A stretch of 64,000 nt of DNA from Alphaproteobacteria bacterium (GTDB lineage: Bacteria > Pseudomonadota > Alphaproteobacteria > GCA-2731375): the NCBI GenBank assembly GCA_965225945.1, contig CBDDBZ010000037.1, positions 64,001 to 128,000 on the forward strand. The letters run 5' to 3'. The notes under the pieces are model-generated. The model was not told the DNA's origin and made no database searches. It was given only the letters and a program-made list of their open reading frames with translations. Positions 41,572 through 51,552 of this stretch are shown one piece after another. Position numbers and translations under genes: made by a program. Within the stretch, counting starts at the first letter, position 1. Every line of letters starts with the position of its first letter.

Positions 41572-42765
41572 TTAATTTTCCAGCGACTTGAAATAGCTGT
41601 CCACCGCTGCCGCGACCGAACGGACGATCGCGATGCGGGAGCTGTCGCGCTGGAGGTAGGTGGCGTCGGCCTTGTTGGAGAGATAGCCGAGTTCCAACAG
41701 CACCGAAGCGACGTCAGGCGCCTTCAAAACACGAAATGCGGCGAAGCGATGGGGTTTGCCCCGCATCCGGATCTTGGCGCGCCGGAACTCGGGTACGACC
41801 GTCGTCGCGAAGCGCGCCGCGTAGTTCATGGTCTCGCGCTGCGCCAGGTCGATCAGGATCGAGACCACTTCGTCGTCGTGCTCGTCCAGGGTGATGCCGG
41901 CGATGAGGTCGGACCTGTTTTCCTTGGCCGCCAATGCCTCCGCCTCGAGGTCCGAGCCTTTTTCGGAGAGCGTATAGATGGCGCCGCCCCGCACGCTCTC
42001 GTCGGCGATCGCATCCGCGTGAAGCGAGATGAAGAGATCGGCGCCGGCGTCCTGGGCGATCTGAACCCGCCGGCGAAGCCGAACAAAGACGTCGCGCTTG
42101 CGCGTCAGGACGATTTTGTAGGTCTTTCGCTTCACCAGTTCCTGTTCGATGGCGCGGGCGTATTTCAGGACCAAGTGCTTTTCGAAATTGCCGTCGTGGC
42201 CGACCGTGCCGGGATCGACCCCGCCATGCCCCGGGTCGAGCACGATGATCCGGGGGCCGGCGCTTCGGCCTTGCGGCTTCGCCATCGGCCTCGGCGGCGC
42301 GACGGGTCGTCGAACCGAGCGGACGGCGGGTTTCAGGGCCGCCGCGAAGCGCGCCGCGTCGGTCGGCACGAGGTCCATGACGAAGCGATATCCGGCCCCG
42401 TCCCGGGGCGTCAGCACGAAGGCTTGGCTCACCCGCGTCGGGCCGTCCGTATCGACCACGAGGCGGGAGTTGCCGGGCTTGAAAAGGCCGAAGCGATAGC
42501 CCTTGATCGAACCGATTCGCCGCCGGAACGCCTCGACCGGTGCCGCCACCGTCAATTCTGGCAGATCGACCACCACGCGATAGGGCGCCGCCAAGGTAAA
42601 AACCCGGAACTTCACGGTGTCCGAAAGATCGAGAACGATCCGCGTCTTTTCCGGATGGGCACCGACGCGAATATCGGTGAGCCTCGGCTCAGCGGCAGCG
42701 CCGAGGCTTGTCGCCACAAGGGCAAAAACGGCCACGATTTCGAATGCGGAGCTCAGCTTTTTCAC
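41572..42765 (-). CDS. amiC: N-acetylmuramoyl-L-alanine amidase (AMIN + Amidase_3)
   Basis: LDPGHGG, FISLHAD, LLELGYLSN; GTG start at 42765 inferred. Confidence 0.9.
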   Translation of the reverse strand: MKKLSSAFEIVAVFALVATSLGAAAEPRLTDIRVGAHPEKTRIVLDLSDTVKFRVFTLAAPYRVVVDLPELTVAAPVEAFRRRIGSIKGYRFGLFKPGNSRLVVDTDGPTRVSQAFVLTPRDGAGYRFVMDLVPTDAARFAAALKPAVRSVRRPVAPPRPMAKPQGRSAGPRIIVLDPGHGGVDPGTVGHDGNFEKHLVLKYARAIEQELVKRKTYKIVLTRKRDVFVRLRRRVQIAQDAGADLFISLHADAIADESVRGGAIYTLSEKGSDLEAEALAAKENRSDLIAGITLDEHDDEVVSILIDLAQRETMNYAARFATTVVPEFRRAKIRMRGKPHRFAAFRVLKAPDVASVLLELGYLSNKADATYLQRDSSRIAIVRSVAAAVDSYFKSLEN

Positions 42766-42790
42766 AGATTTAGTATAGCACACTCTAATA

Positions 42791-43928
42791 TACCCCGACT
42801 CCCCGCAGACCCGAAAAAGTTCTGGCAATCCGGCTGCGGATCGATTCTTCTCGCGGTCATGATTCGCGGTGGATTTCTGAGCATCGAGGAACGCGCGGCC
42901 CTGGAGGCGGTGATGGGGCATCCGAGCGAGACCCACGGGGTGGCGCGCCGCGCGAACGCCGTTCTGCTCTTGGATGACGGCTTGAGCTGCGTCGAGGTGG
43001 CGAAGGTGCTCTACCTCGACGACGACACGGTGCGGACGTGGCTGAAGCGCTACCGTGCGGGCGGCCTGGATGAAATGACGCTGTTCGACTGGCATGGCCG
43101 GTCGGGCCATCTGAGCCGGGAGCAAGAGGCGGAGCTTTCGGCCCATCTGAGCCAACGGCTTTACCGCGATACCGGCGAGGTGGCGGCCCATATCAAGGCG
43201 ACCTACGGAGTGATCTACAGCCATTCGGGCTGCATCAAGGTGATGCATCGCCTGGGCTTCGAATACAAGCGCCCGAAAAGCCTGCCGGCTCAGGCCGATG
43301 AGGCCGAGCAGGCCGCCTTTATCGAGGCCTATGATAAGTTGCTCAACGGCTTGGCCGCCGACGAGGTGGTCTACTTCGCCGATGCGGTGCACCCGGAATT
43401 CCAGTCCCGCCCAGTCCATGGCTGGGTCAAGAAGGGCGACAAAGTGGCGTTACGCCGGACCTCGGGGCGCCAGCGCATCAATCTCCACGGCGCGCTCAAC
43501 CTGGAAAACTTCCACTGCCCCTTGGTCCAGGCCGAGAGGATCAACGCCGCCTCGACGATCGCGCTGTTCGAGATGCTGGAGGCCACCAATCCCGGCAAGT
43601 CGCGGATCTATGTCTTCGCCGACAATGCCCGCTATCACCACGCCCGCCTGGTCCGACAATGGCTGGAGAGACCGGGTTGCCGCATCAAGCTCTTCTTCCA
43701 ACCGTCCTACGCTCCCCACCTCAACGCCATCGAGCGATTATGGGGCGTCATGCATCGCGAGGTGACCCACAACAGCTTCTACGCCAGCTTCGCCCTCTTC
43801 ACCGAAGCCATCGACGATTTCTTCCGCCGACGACTGCCACGAGAGTGGACGACGTGGCGCGACACCATCACCGACAATTTCCGAATCATCTCGCACAAGG
43901 ATTTTCGGGCTCTGGAGTGAGGCGAGTA
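42791..43928 (+). mobile_element. IS630-family element #2, copy B (transposase 42859-43920)
   Basis: TA duplication 42789-42790 and 43929-43930; 1138 bp, near-identical to copy A. Confidence 0.93.
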
Positions 43929-44374
43929 TAGCCACCACATGTTCCGAGATTCGGTGTCGACGCTCCCTGTAACGGCGCTGGGCGCTCGAGGTGAATTAGC
44001 GATTGGCGCCGACGCGGAAGGTCCCTATTATGGCCGGGCAATGCTTCGTAGTCTGATTTCCCCGAATGACATGATGAATTGGCGTTCGGCGTCGGTGCGG
44101 CGGTACCGGCCCGAGGTGCGCATGCTCGCGTGCCCCGGAACCGTTCCGGTCGCGGCACTTCGGACGAGACGGATTGATCTTGAAACTCCGAAGTCGCTTT
44201 CCCCGACGATCTGGGGCGAGGCACGGCTCGGTTCTCCCCGGGCGGGGTTTGTGCGCGATGGCGACATCGTCCATTCCGCGTCCCGGGTCGAGTGGGCCGT
44301 CGACGGCTTCGACCAAACATGGGACCCCGCGGGCGTTCACCTACCGGGCGGACGTGGCGGCGGGGCTAGGGAAC

Positions 44375-46978
44375 ATGACAGTACGCATGCTCATCGACGC
44401 GACGCATGCCGAGGAAACTCGCGTCGTCGTCGTTCGGGGTAATCGCCTCGAGGCCTTCGATTTCGAGTCCGCCTCCAGGCGACAGCTCAAGGGCAACATC
44501 TATCTGGCCAAGGTAATGCGGGTCGAGCCGTCGCTGCAGGCCGCGTTCGTCGAATACGGTGGCAACCGCCACGGCTTCCTGGCTTTCAACGAAATCCATC
44601 CGGACTACTACCAGATCCCAGTGGAGGACCGTGAGGCGCTGCTCGAAGAGGAGGCGCAGAACGCCAGCGAGGAAGCGGCGGCGGAAGAGGCCGAGGTCAT
44701 TGCCGAGGGCGCCGGCCAGGCCTCGGACGAGACCGAGACCGGCAGCGACGAAGCGCCGGCGACCGCTTCCGGCGACGACGGTGGCGATGGCGATAGTGAT
44801 AGTGATGACGGTGACGGTGGCGACGACGGTGGTGATGGCGACGCCCTGGACGAGGTGCCGCGTCGCCGCCCGCAACGGCGCTACAAGATCCAAGAGGTGG
44901 TCAAGCGCCGCCAGGTCCTGCTGGTTCAGGTGGTGAAGGAAGAGCGGGGCAACAAGGGTGCCGCGCTCACCACCTATCTCTCGCTCGCCGGACGCTATTG
45001 CGTGTTGATGCCGAACACCGCGCGCGGCGGCGGGATCAGCCGCAAGATCACCAATCAGGTGGCGCGCAAGAAGCTCAAGAATATCGTCGCCGATTTCGAG
45101 CTCGCCGAGGGCATGGGCGTGATCGTGCGTACCGCCGGCATGAGCCGCACCAAGGCGGAGATTCGGCGCGATTTCGAGTACATGCTGAGAGTTTGGGACC
45201 AAGTCCGGGAAGTGACGCTGGAATCGACCGCGCCCGCGCTGGTCTATGAAGAGGCCAACCTCATCACCCGCACGATCCGCGATCTCTACACCAAGGAGGT
45301 GGAGGAGATCCTGGTCGAAGGCGAAATGGGTTACCGGACCGCCAAGGACTTCATGCGGACGATGCAGCCGAGCCACGCCAAGCGCGTACAGCACTACAAG
45401 GACCGCATCCCGCTGCTGCACCGCTATAAGGTGGAGCAGCAGCTCGACCAGATGCATTCCAACGTCGTGCAATTGAAGTCGGGCGGCTACCTCGTGATCA
45501 ACCCGACCGAGGCGCTGGTGGCCATCGACGTCAATTCCGGTCGCTCGACCCGCGAGCACCACATCGAGGAAACCGCGCTCAAGACCAACCTGGAGGCCTC
45601 GGACGAGGTCGCCCGTCAGTTGCGTCTGCGCGATCTCGCCGGGCTCATCGTCATCGACTACATCGACATGAGCGAGAACCGCAACAATCGGGCGGTCGAG
45701 CGGCGACTGAAGGACGGTCTGAAGGTCGACCGGGCGCGCCTCCAGGTCGGTCGGATCTCCGGCTTCGGCCTGTTGGAAATGTCACGCCAGCGGCTGCGCA
45801 CCAGCCTGTTCGAGGCCAGCACCGTCAAGTGCAAGATCTGTGCCGGCACCGGCTTCGTTCGTTCCACCGAATCGACCGCCTTTCAACTGCTCAGGGCGAT
45901 CGAGGACGAGGGCGTTCGCGGCCGGGCCAATTCGATCACGCTGACCGTGCCCACGGCGGTGGCGCTCTATGTCTTGAACCAGAAGCGCGACGCGCTCGCG
46001 GAGATCGAGCAGCGCTACGTCATACGGGTCGCGGTCGTCGGCGACGATGACCTGGTGCCGCCGAACTTCGAGCTGGTGATCGACGTCGCTCGAGGCGACG
46101 GCGGGGCCGAAGCGGACGGCGCCGTAACGGCGCCGCGCGAGCCCGAGAAAGAGGTCGAGGTCGAGGCCGAGGCCGATGGCCGCAAGCGCCGCCGCCGCCC
46201 CAGCGAGGAGGACGAGACCGAGGTGACCCGGGAGTCGTCGCGCGCCGAAGCACCGGCGGAGGCCGAGAAGCAAGCCGAGAGCGAAGGCGATGGCCGCAAG
46301 CGCCGCCGCCGCCGTCCCCGCCGGGCCGAGGGTGAGGGGGCCGAGGCGAAGGAAAGCATGGCCGGGGTCGAGAGCGCCGAGAAAACGGAGGCCGCCGCCG
46401 AGGATGGCGAGGACGGTGGCACGCGTCGTCGCCGTCGTCGTGGCCGCCGTGGCGGCAAGCGCCGGCGCGACGGCCAGGGCGAGGATGCGGCGGTCGAGAC
46501 GGCGAAGACGGCGGACGAGGCCGCGCCGGAGGCGGACGACGTTCCCGCCCAGGATGCGGTGGCGTTGCCGCGCGACGTCGCGGTCGAGGCCGAAGAGGAA
46601 GCGGCCCCGGTCGACGCGGCCGCGATCGTGGCGGCCGCCGCCAAACCGGTCGTCGAGGCTCCCCTCGGCCAAGCGTCGGAGGAAACCGAGGAAAACGCCG
46701 CCGTCGAGGTGGCCGAGGCTGTGCCGGACGTCGCGGACGTCGCGGGCGTCGCGGACGCAGAGGAAACCGAGGAAGCCGAGGAAGCCGAGGAAGCCCAGCC
46801 CGAGCCCGCCCCACTCGCCGCGAGCGACGATGACGCGCCGCCGATGGGCGAGCCCGAGGGCGAGGCGTCGGTGGTCGCGATCGAGGAACCGGAGGATCGC
46901 GACGAGCCCGCCGCCGACGAGGCGCCAGACGACGACCGGCCCAAGCGTCGCGGCTGGTGGCGAAAAAAGAACGGTTAG
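44375..46978 (+). CDS. rne: Ribonuclease E
   Basis: GNIYLAKV, HGFL, AIDVNSG, CKIC; acidic insert in S1; Arg/Glu-rich C-terminus ending RRGWW. Confidence 0.95.
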   Translation: MTVRMLIDATHAEETRVVVVRGNRLEAFDFESASRRQLKGNIYLAKVMRVEPSLQAAFVEYGGNRHGFLAFNEIHPDYYQIPVEDREALLEEEAQNASEEAAAEEAEVIAEGAGQASDETETGSDEAPATASGDDGGDGDSDSDDGDGGDDGGDGDALDEVPRRRPQRRYKIQEVVKRRQVLLVQVVKEERGNKGAALTTYLSLAGRYCVLMPNTARGGGISRKITNQVARKKLKNIVADFELAEGMGVIVRTAGMSRTKAEIRRDFEYMLRVWDQVREVTLESTAPALVYEEANLITRTIRDLYTKEVEEILVEGEMGYRTAKDFMRTMQPSHAKRVQHYKDRIPLLHRYKVEQQLDQMHSNVVQLKSGGYLVINPTEALVAIDVNSGRSTREHHIEETALKTNLEASDEVARQLRLRDLAGLIVIDYIDMSENRNNRAVERRLKDGLKVDRARLQVGRISGFGLLEMSRQRLRTSLFEASTVKCKICAGTGFVRSTESTAFQLLRAIEDEGVRGRANSITLTVPTAVALYVLNQKRDALAEIEQRYVIRVAVVGDDDLVPPNFELVIDVARGDGGAEADGAVTAPREPEKEVEVEAEADGRKRRRRPSEEDETEVTRESSRAEAPAEAEKQAESEGDGRKRRRRRPRRAEGEGAEAKESMAGVESAEKTEAAAEDGEDGGTRRRRRRGRRGGKRRRDGQGEDAAVETAKTADEAAPEADDVPAQDAVALPRDVAVEAEEEAAPVDAAAIVAAAAKPVVEAPLGQASEETEENAAVEVAEAVPDVADVAGVADAEETEEAEEAEEAQPEPAPLAASDDDAPPMGEPEGEASVVAIEEPEDRDEPAADEAPDDDRPKRRGWWRKKNG

Positions 46979-47985
46979 TCCGAACCTTCGAGCGCGCGGC
47001 GGAAGATCGCCGCGTCGACGTTGCCGCCGGAGCAGACCACGGCCACGGTGCGCCCGCCGAGTTCGATCTCGCTGCCGAGCGCCGCCGCCAGCGCCACCGC
47101 ACCGCCTGGTTCCACCACCAGCTTGAGCTCGGCGAAGGCGGTGGCCATGGCCTGGAGCGCTTCGTCGTCGCTGGCCGCCATGCCGCGTGCCACCAGACGG
47201 CGGTTGATCTCGAAGGTGAGGGCACCCGGCCGGGGCGCCAGCAGCGCATCGCAGAGGCTGGTGACGCCCACCTCGTTCGCCATCCGCGCGCCCGCCGCCA
47301 GCGAGCGGCGGGTGTCGTCGAAGCCTCGGGGTTCCACCGTCACGACCTCGGTCTCCGGCGCGAGCGCGCGCACCGCCGTCGCCACCCCCGCGGTCAGTCC
47401 CCCGCCGCCGCACGGCACCAGCACCAGGTCCGGCGCGGCGCCCAGCGCCCGGGCCTGGGCCATCAGCTCCAGGCCGACCGTGCCCTGGCCGGCGATGATG
47501 CGGGCGTCGTCGAACGGGCGTACCAGGGTGCCGCCCCGGCTTTCGACGATCTCGGCCGCGATTCCCTCGCGGGAATCGTGATCGCGGTGATCGTAGGTCC
47601 TGACCTCGGCGCCCCAGCCCTCGGTGCCGCGCCGTTTCATGGCGGGCGCGTCGTCGGGCATCACGATGATCGCCGGCGCGCCCAGGAACCGGGCCGCCGC
47701 CGCCACGCCTTGGGCGTGGTTGCCGGAGGAGAAGGCGACGACGCCTTTCGCGCGGCACTCGGGCTCCAGGCCGGCGATAAGGTTGTAGGCGCCGCGAAAC
47801 TTGAAGGAGCCGGTCACCTGCAACATTTCGGCCTTCACCAGCAGACGGCCGCCCAGCCGCTCGTCGAGGCGTGGAGATTCGAGCAGCGGGGTCACGACCG
47901 CGCGGCCTTGAAGGCGCCTCGCTGCCGCCTCGATGTCGGCGAGGCCCGGGGGATCGCGGCTGGGATCGCGGCTGGGGTCGGTCAT
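46975..47985 (-). CDS. Threonine/serine dehydratase family (PLP)
   Basis: TGSFKFRGA, SSGNHAQG, PCGGGGL, SGGNVD. Confidence 0.9.
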   Translation of the reverse strand: MTDPSRDPSRDPPGLADIEAAARRLQGRAVVTPLLESPRLDERLGGRLLVKAEMLQVTGSFKFRGAYNLIAGLEPECRAKGVVAFSSGNHAQGVAAAARFLGAPAIIVMPDDAPAMKRRGTEGWGAEVRTYDHRDHDSREGIAAEIVESRGGTLVRPFDDARIIAGQGTVGLELMAQARALGAAPDLVLVPCGGGGLTAGVATAVRALAPETEVVTVEPRGFDDTRRSLAAGARMANEVGVTSLCDALLAPRPGALTFEINRRLVARGMAASDDEALQAMATAFAELKLVVEPGGAVALAAALGSEIELGGRTVAVVCSGGNVDAAIFRRALEGSD

Positions 47986-48857
47986 GTCGCGCGATCGATC
48001 GTCGCGAGGAAGTCGGTCAGGGCCGAGACGACCTCCGGTTCGTCGAGACGCGGGGCATGGCCTCGGCGCGCCACGGTCAGCCTGCGAAGATCCGGTTTTC
48101 GCCGCGCCATTTCCTCGAACATCGCCCGGCTCACGATCTCGGACAGCCCGCCCCGGATCGCCAAGGTCGGCACCTCCTCGAGGGTCATGAACTGGTCCCA
48201 AAATTCGAGCGGCCGGCCCGGGCCGAAGCTCGCCATGGCGTCGAGGATCGTCGGATCATAGTCGGCTTGCATCCGACCTTCGGGGCCGGGGCGGTAGCGC
48301 TGCTCCGCTTCCCGCCGCCAGTCCTCGTCGTCGAAGTCGGGAAAGGCCGCGCCCTCGCTCTCCCGCAGCAGCCGCGCGGCATCGTCCAGGTCCCTGGGGT
48401 TGGCGAGGCGTCCCAGACGGGCGCCAAGGTTCGCGAGGGCACCGCCGTCGATCACCGGGCCGACGTCGTTCAGCACCACGCCCGCGAGCGCCGTCGGCCG
48501 CGCCGCGCCGAGCCCCATGGCCAGAATGCCGCCCAGCGAGGTGCCGACGACCACCACCCGGTGACAGTTGGCGAGCGTCAGCAGGTGCGCGATGTCGTTC
48601 AGGTAGGTCTCGAACTGATAGTTGGTGGGGTCCGAATCGCGGGCTGAGCGGCCGCGGCCGCGAAGATCGAGCGCCAGGACCCGCCGCTCGGGCGCGAGCA
48701 TCCTCGCCAGGTCGTGGAAATCGGCGCTGTTGCGGGTGAGCCCGGCGAGGCAGAGCACCGGAGTGGGCGTGGACCAGGCCTCGCCATAGTCGCGAAAGTA
48801 GAGACGCAGCCCGTCCTGCGCGCTGAACTCGCGGGCCCGGTAGTCCGCTAGCGCCAT
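47982..48857 (-). CDS. Alpha/beta hydrolase
   Basis: GLTRNS, GTSLGG, RGHAP. Confidence 0.88.
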   Translation of the reverse strand: MALADYRAREFSAQDGLRLYFRDYGEAWSTPTPVLCLAGLTRNSADFHDLARMLAPERRVLALDLRGRGRSARDSDPTNYQFETYLNDIAHLLTLANCHRVVVVGTSLGGILAMGLGAARPTALAGVVLNDVGPVIDGGALANLGARLGRLANPRDLDDAARLLRESEGAAFPDFDDEDWRREAEQRYRPGPEGRMQADYDPTILDAMASFGPGRPLEFWDQFMTLEEVPTLAIRGGLSEIVSRAMFEEMARRKPDLRRLTVARRGHAPRLDEPEVVSALTDFLATIDRAT

Positions 48858-49546
48858 CAATCGGCCCCGACGATGCCCGGCAGTGGCCGTAGCGAATCGA
48901 TCTCGGCCCGGGGCGCCCCCGGCAGCCGCTCGCGCGCCTGGCCGAAGCGATTGACCCAGACCACCTGGAAACCGTATGCGGCGGCACCGTGGGCGTCCCA
49001 GGCGTTGGAGGATTGGAAGGCGACCGCGTCGCCGTCGACGCCGAGGTGGCGGCCGACCTGGGCATAGACTGCCGGAGTCGGCTTGTAGACGCGGAACTCG
49101 TCGACCGAGATCACCGCATCCAGCAATTCGGCGATGTCCGAGCCCTCGGCCGCCGCCGCCAGCATGTCTGGCGAGCCGTTGGAAAGGATCGCGGTCTTCA
49201 TCCCGGCCGCCTTCAGCCTGCTCAGAACCTCCGGCACCTCGGCGTAGCAGTCGAGCCGCATGTAGAGCTCGAGCAGGCGGCCGCGCAAGCCCGCGTCCTC
49301 GATCCCGAGGCTCGCCATCGCGAAGTCGAGGCCGTCCTGGGTGATTTGCCAGAAATCGACATAGGCGCCCATCAGGCTCCTGAGCCAGGTGTACTGCAAC
49401 TGCTTCTGCCGCCGGAGGTCGGCCAGCGGTTGCCACTCCTCGCCGAGCTCGCCCTGGCAATGTCCCGCCGCCGCCGTGACGTCGAAGAGGGTGCCGTAGG
49501 CGTCGAAGACGCAGGCGCCGATGCCCTCCAGGCGAATCTCCAACAT
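48857..49546 (-). CDS. Haloacid dehalogenase type II
   Basis: FDAYGTLFD, LSNG, YKP, SSNAWD. Confidence 0.92.
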   Translation of the reverse strand: MLEIRLEGIGACVFDAYGTLFDVTAAAGHCQGELGEEWQPLADLRRQKQLQYTWLRSLMGAYVDFWQITQDGLDFAMASLGIEDAGLRGRLLELYMRLDCYAEVPEVLSRLKAAGMKTAILSNGSPDMLAAAAEGSDIAELLDAVISVDEFRVYKPTPAVYAQVGRHLGVDGDAVAFQSSNAWDAHGAAAYGFQVVWVNRFGQARERLPGAPRAEIDSLRPLPGIVGAD

Positions 49547-49600
49547 GGCTCGCTCCTCCCTCGCTCGCACCTCCCCCGGCGGCGGTCACCCTAGACGAGG

Positions 49601-49665
49601 CTAGAGCAGCATCCGTCCAATTGGAATCGCTTTCAGCGATCCAATTGGCGGATAAAGCTGCTCTA
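49601..49665. repeat. TAGAGC-type palindromic repeat (MITE/REP-like)
   Basis: TAGAGCAGC...GCTGCTCTA ends with internal CCAATTGG repeats; partial copies at 21201 and 23133. Confidence 0.7.
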
Positions 49666-49677
49666 CATCTTGAAGAA

Positions 49678-49736
49678 CAGAGCAATATCCGAACGGATGG
49701 AACCGCGCCGGTTCCATCCGTTCGGATATTGCTCTG
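49678..49736. repeat. Perfect 28-bp inverted repeat with 3-nt loop
   Basis: CAGAGCAATATCCGAACGGATGGAACCG-cgc-reverse complement. Confidence 0.9.
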
Positions 49737-49813
49737 GCGGCCTCGCCAACCGGTGGCCTGGGCTCGGCTCGTCGGTTACCATGCGCTGAGATCACGCGAA
49801 GGAGGGGAACGGG

Positions 49814-50647
49814 ATGGCGAGGGTATTGAGCGCCGAGGCCATCGAGCAGTACTGGCGCGACGGTTTCTACACCCCGATCGAGATCATGACCGAGGCCGAG
49901 GTGGGGGCCGCCCGCGCCTCGCTCGAGGCCTTCGAGGCCGCGAACGGCGGACCACTCAAGGGCGCCAATCGCTTCAAGAGCCACTTGCTGTTCAAATGGC
50001 TCGCCGATCTGGCGCGCGCGCCCCGGGTGCTGGACGTGGTCGAGGATCTGATCGGCCCCGACATCATGCTCTGGTCGAGCAACTGGTTCATCAAGGAGGC
50101 CAGCTCGGAGCAGTACGTCTCCTGGCATCAGGACAGCGGTTATTGGGGATTGGACACCCGCCGGCTGGTCAGCGTCTGGATCGCGCTCTCGCCGGCGACG
50201 GTCGAAAGCGGCTGCATGCGGATCATGCCCGGCAGCCAGGAATGGCCGGACCAGGAGCATGTCGAGACCTTCGCCGAGAATAACATGCTGACCCGGGGGC
50301 AGGCGATCCGGGGCCTGGACGAGGCTGGGGCCATCGACCTGGAGGTCGCGACCGGCAGCGGCGCGCTCTTCGCCTATCGCCTGTTGCATTCCTCGCCGCC
50401 CAATCGGACCGACGATCGCCGGATCGCCATCGTGCTCCGTTATATCCCGCCGGAGACGAAGCAGACGCTGGTCGAATGGGACAGCGCCGCCCTGGTTCGC
50501 GGCGAGGACCGCTTCGGCCATTTCGAGCACGAGCCGGTGCCGGCTCGAGACCTCGACCCCGCCGCCGTCGCCTTCCACAGGAAAGCGGAGGAACAGCAGC
50601 GCGCCATCTATTATCAAGGCACCGAGTGGACCGAGCACCGCACCTGA
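49814..50647 (+). CDS. PhyH-family Fe/2-oxoglutarate dioxygenase
   Basis: SWHQDS, NNMLTRGQ, LHSSPPN. Confidence 0.87.
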   Translation: MARVLSAEAIEQYWRDGFYTPIEIMTEAEVGAARASLEAFEAANGGPLKGANRFKSHLLFKWLADLARAPRVLDVVEDLIGPDIMLWSSNWFIKEASSEQYVSWHQDSGYWGLDTRRLVSVWIALSPATVESGCMRIMPGSQEWPDQEHVETFAENNMLTRGQAIRGLDEAGAIDLEVATGSGALFAYRLLHSSPPNRTDDRRIAIVLRYIPPETKQTLVEWDSAALVRGEDRFGHFEHEPVPARDLDPAAVAFHRKAEEQQRAIYYQGTEWTEHRT

Positions 50648-50718
50648 GAGGCTGACTCGAAAGTGCTCGAGGGCCGGTGATGCGGCGAAATGTCGCCGAT
50701 GGCGGGGAGGGGAAACGC

Positions 50719-51552
50719 GTGAGCAGTAACCGGGAAGCGAAACTGCAAGGGCTTCGCGAAGAGGCGCTGATGATCCGACGCGGGCTCTGGCGGGCGTTCC
50801 ATGCCGCCGGCTCCGGCCATATCGGCGGCTCGGCCTCGGCGGCGGATCTGCTGGCGGCGCTCTATTTCCACCACCTGAGGCTTCGCCCGGGCGAGCCCGA
50901 GTGGCCGGAGCGCGACCGCTTCGTGCTCTCCAAGGGCCACGCCAACGGCGCGCTCGCCGCCGTGCTGGCCCGTGCCGGCTTCTTCGCCGAGGACATGCTC
51001 GACGAATTCTACGGTCTCGATTCCCTGCTCGGCATGCATCCCGACATCAAGTGCCCCGGCGTCGAGATGTGCACCGGCGCGCTCGGCCACGGGCTCTCCG
51101 TCGGCCTCGGCATGGCGCTCGGCGCCCGGCTCGGCCGCCGCGACTTCCGCACCATCGTCATGCTGGGCGACGGCGAATTGCAGGAAGGCTCCAACTGGGA
51201 GGCGGCGATGCTCGCCGCCCACCTGAGGCTTTGCGAGCTGACGGCAATCGTCGACTACAACAAGGTGCAGCAGAGCGGCCATGTCGGCGAGCTGGTGGGT
51301 CTGGAGCCGCTCGCCGACAAATGGCGCGCCTTCGGCTGGGAGGTGCGGGAGTGCGACGGTCACGCGATGGAGGAGATCGTGGACGCGCTCGACGCGCTCC
51401 CCTTTACCGCCGAGAAGCCCTCGCTGCTGATCGCCCATACGATCAAGGGCAAGGGCGTCGGTTTCGCCGAGGATACCTACCTCTGGCACAACAACATGGT
51501 CACCGACGAGGTCTACGCCGAGGCCCTGGCCGAGCTGGGCGAAGTGTCGTGA
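50719..51552 (+). CDS. Transketolase, N-terminal subunit
   Basis: GHIGGS, DRFVLSKGH, GDGELQEG, HTIKGKG. Confidence 0.9.
   Translation: MSSNREAKLQGLREEALMIRRGLWRAFHAAGSGHIGGSASAADLLAALYFHHLRLRPGEPEWPERDRFVLSKGHANGALAAVLARAGFFAEDMLDEFYGLDSLLGMHPDIKCPGVEMCTGALGHGLSVGLGMALGARLGRRDFRTIVMLGDGELQEGSNWEAAMLAAHLRLCELTAIVDYNKVQQSGHVGELVGLEPLADKWRAFGWEVRECDGHAMEEIVDALDALPFTAEKPSLLIAHTIKGKGVGFAEDTYLWHNNMVTDEVYAEALAELGEVS

Noticed and set aside
41572-43920. 615-aa amidase and 723-aa transposase fusion ORFs in the track
   Set aside because: Open-frame read-through across the IS630 boundary into antisense sequence; the real genes are amiC and the 353-aa transposase.
9663-43928. Two inverted near-identical IS630 copies as a 34-kb composite transposon or inversion
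   Set aside because: Each copy's flanks rejoin correctly (ISNCY terminus; amiC-rne divergent region), so these are independent insertions with no inversion.
46140-46978. Repeats in the rne 3' region (DGRKRRRR twice, EEA runs)
   Set aside because: Ordinary low-complexity coding sequence of the disordered RNase E scaffold.
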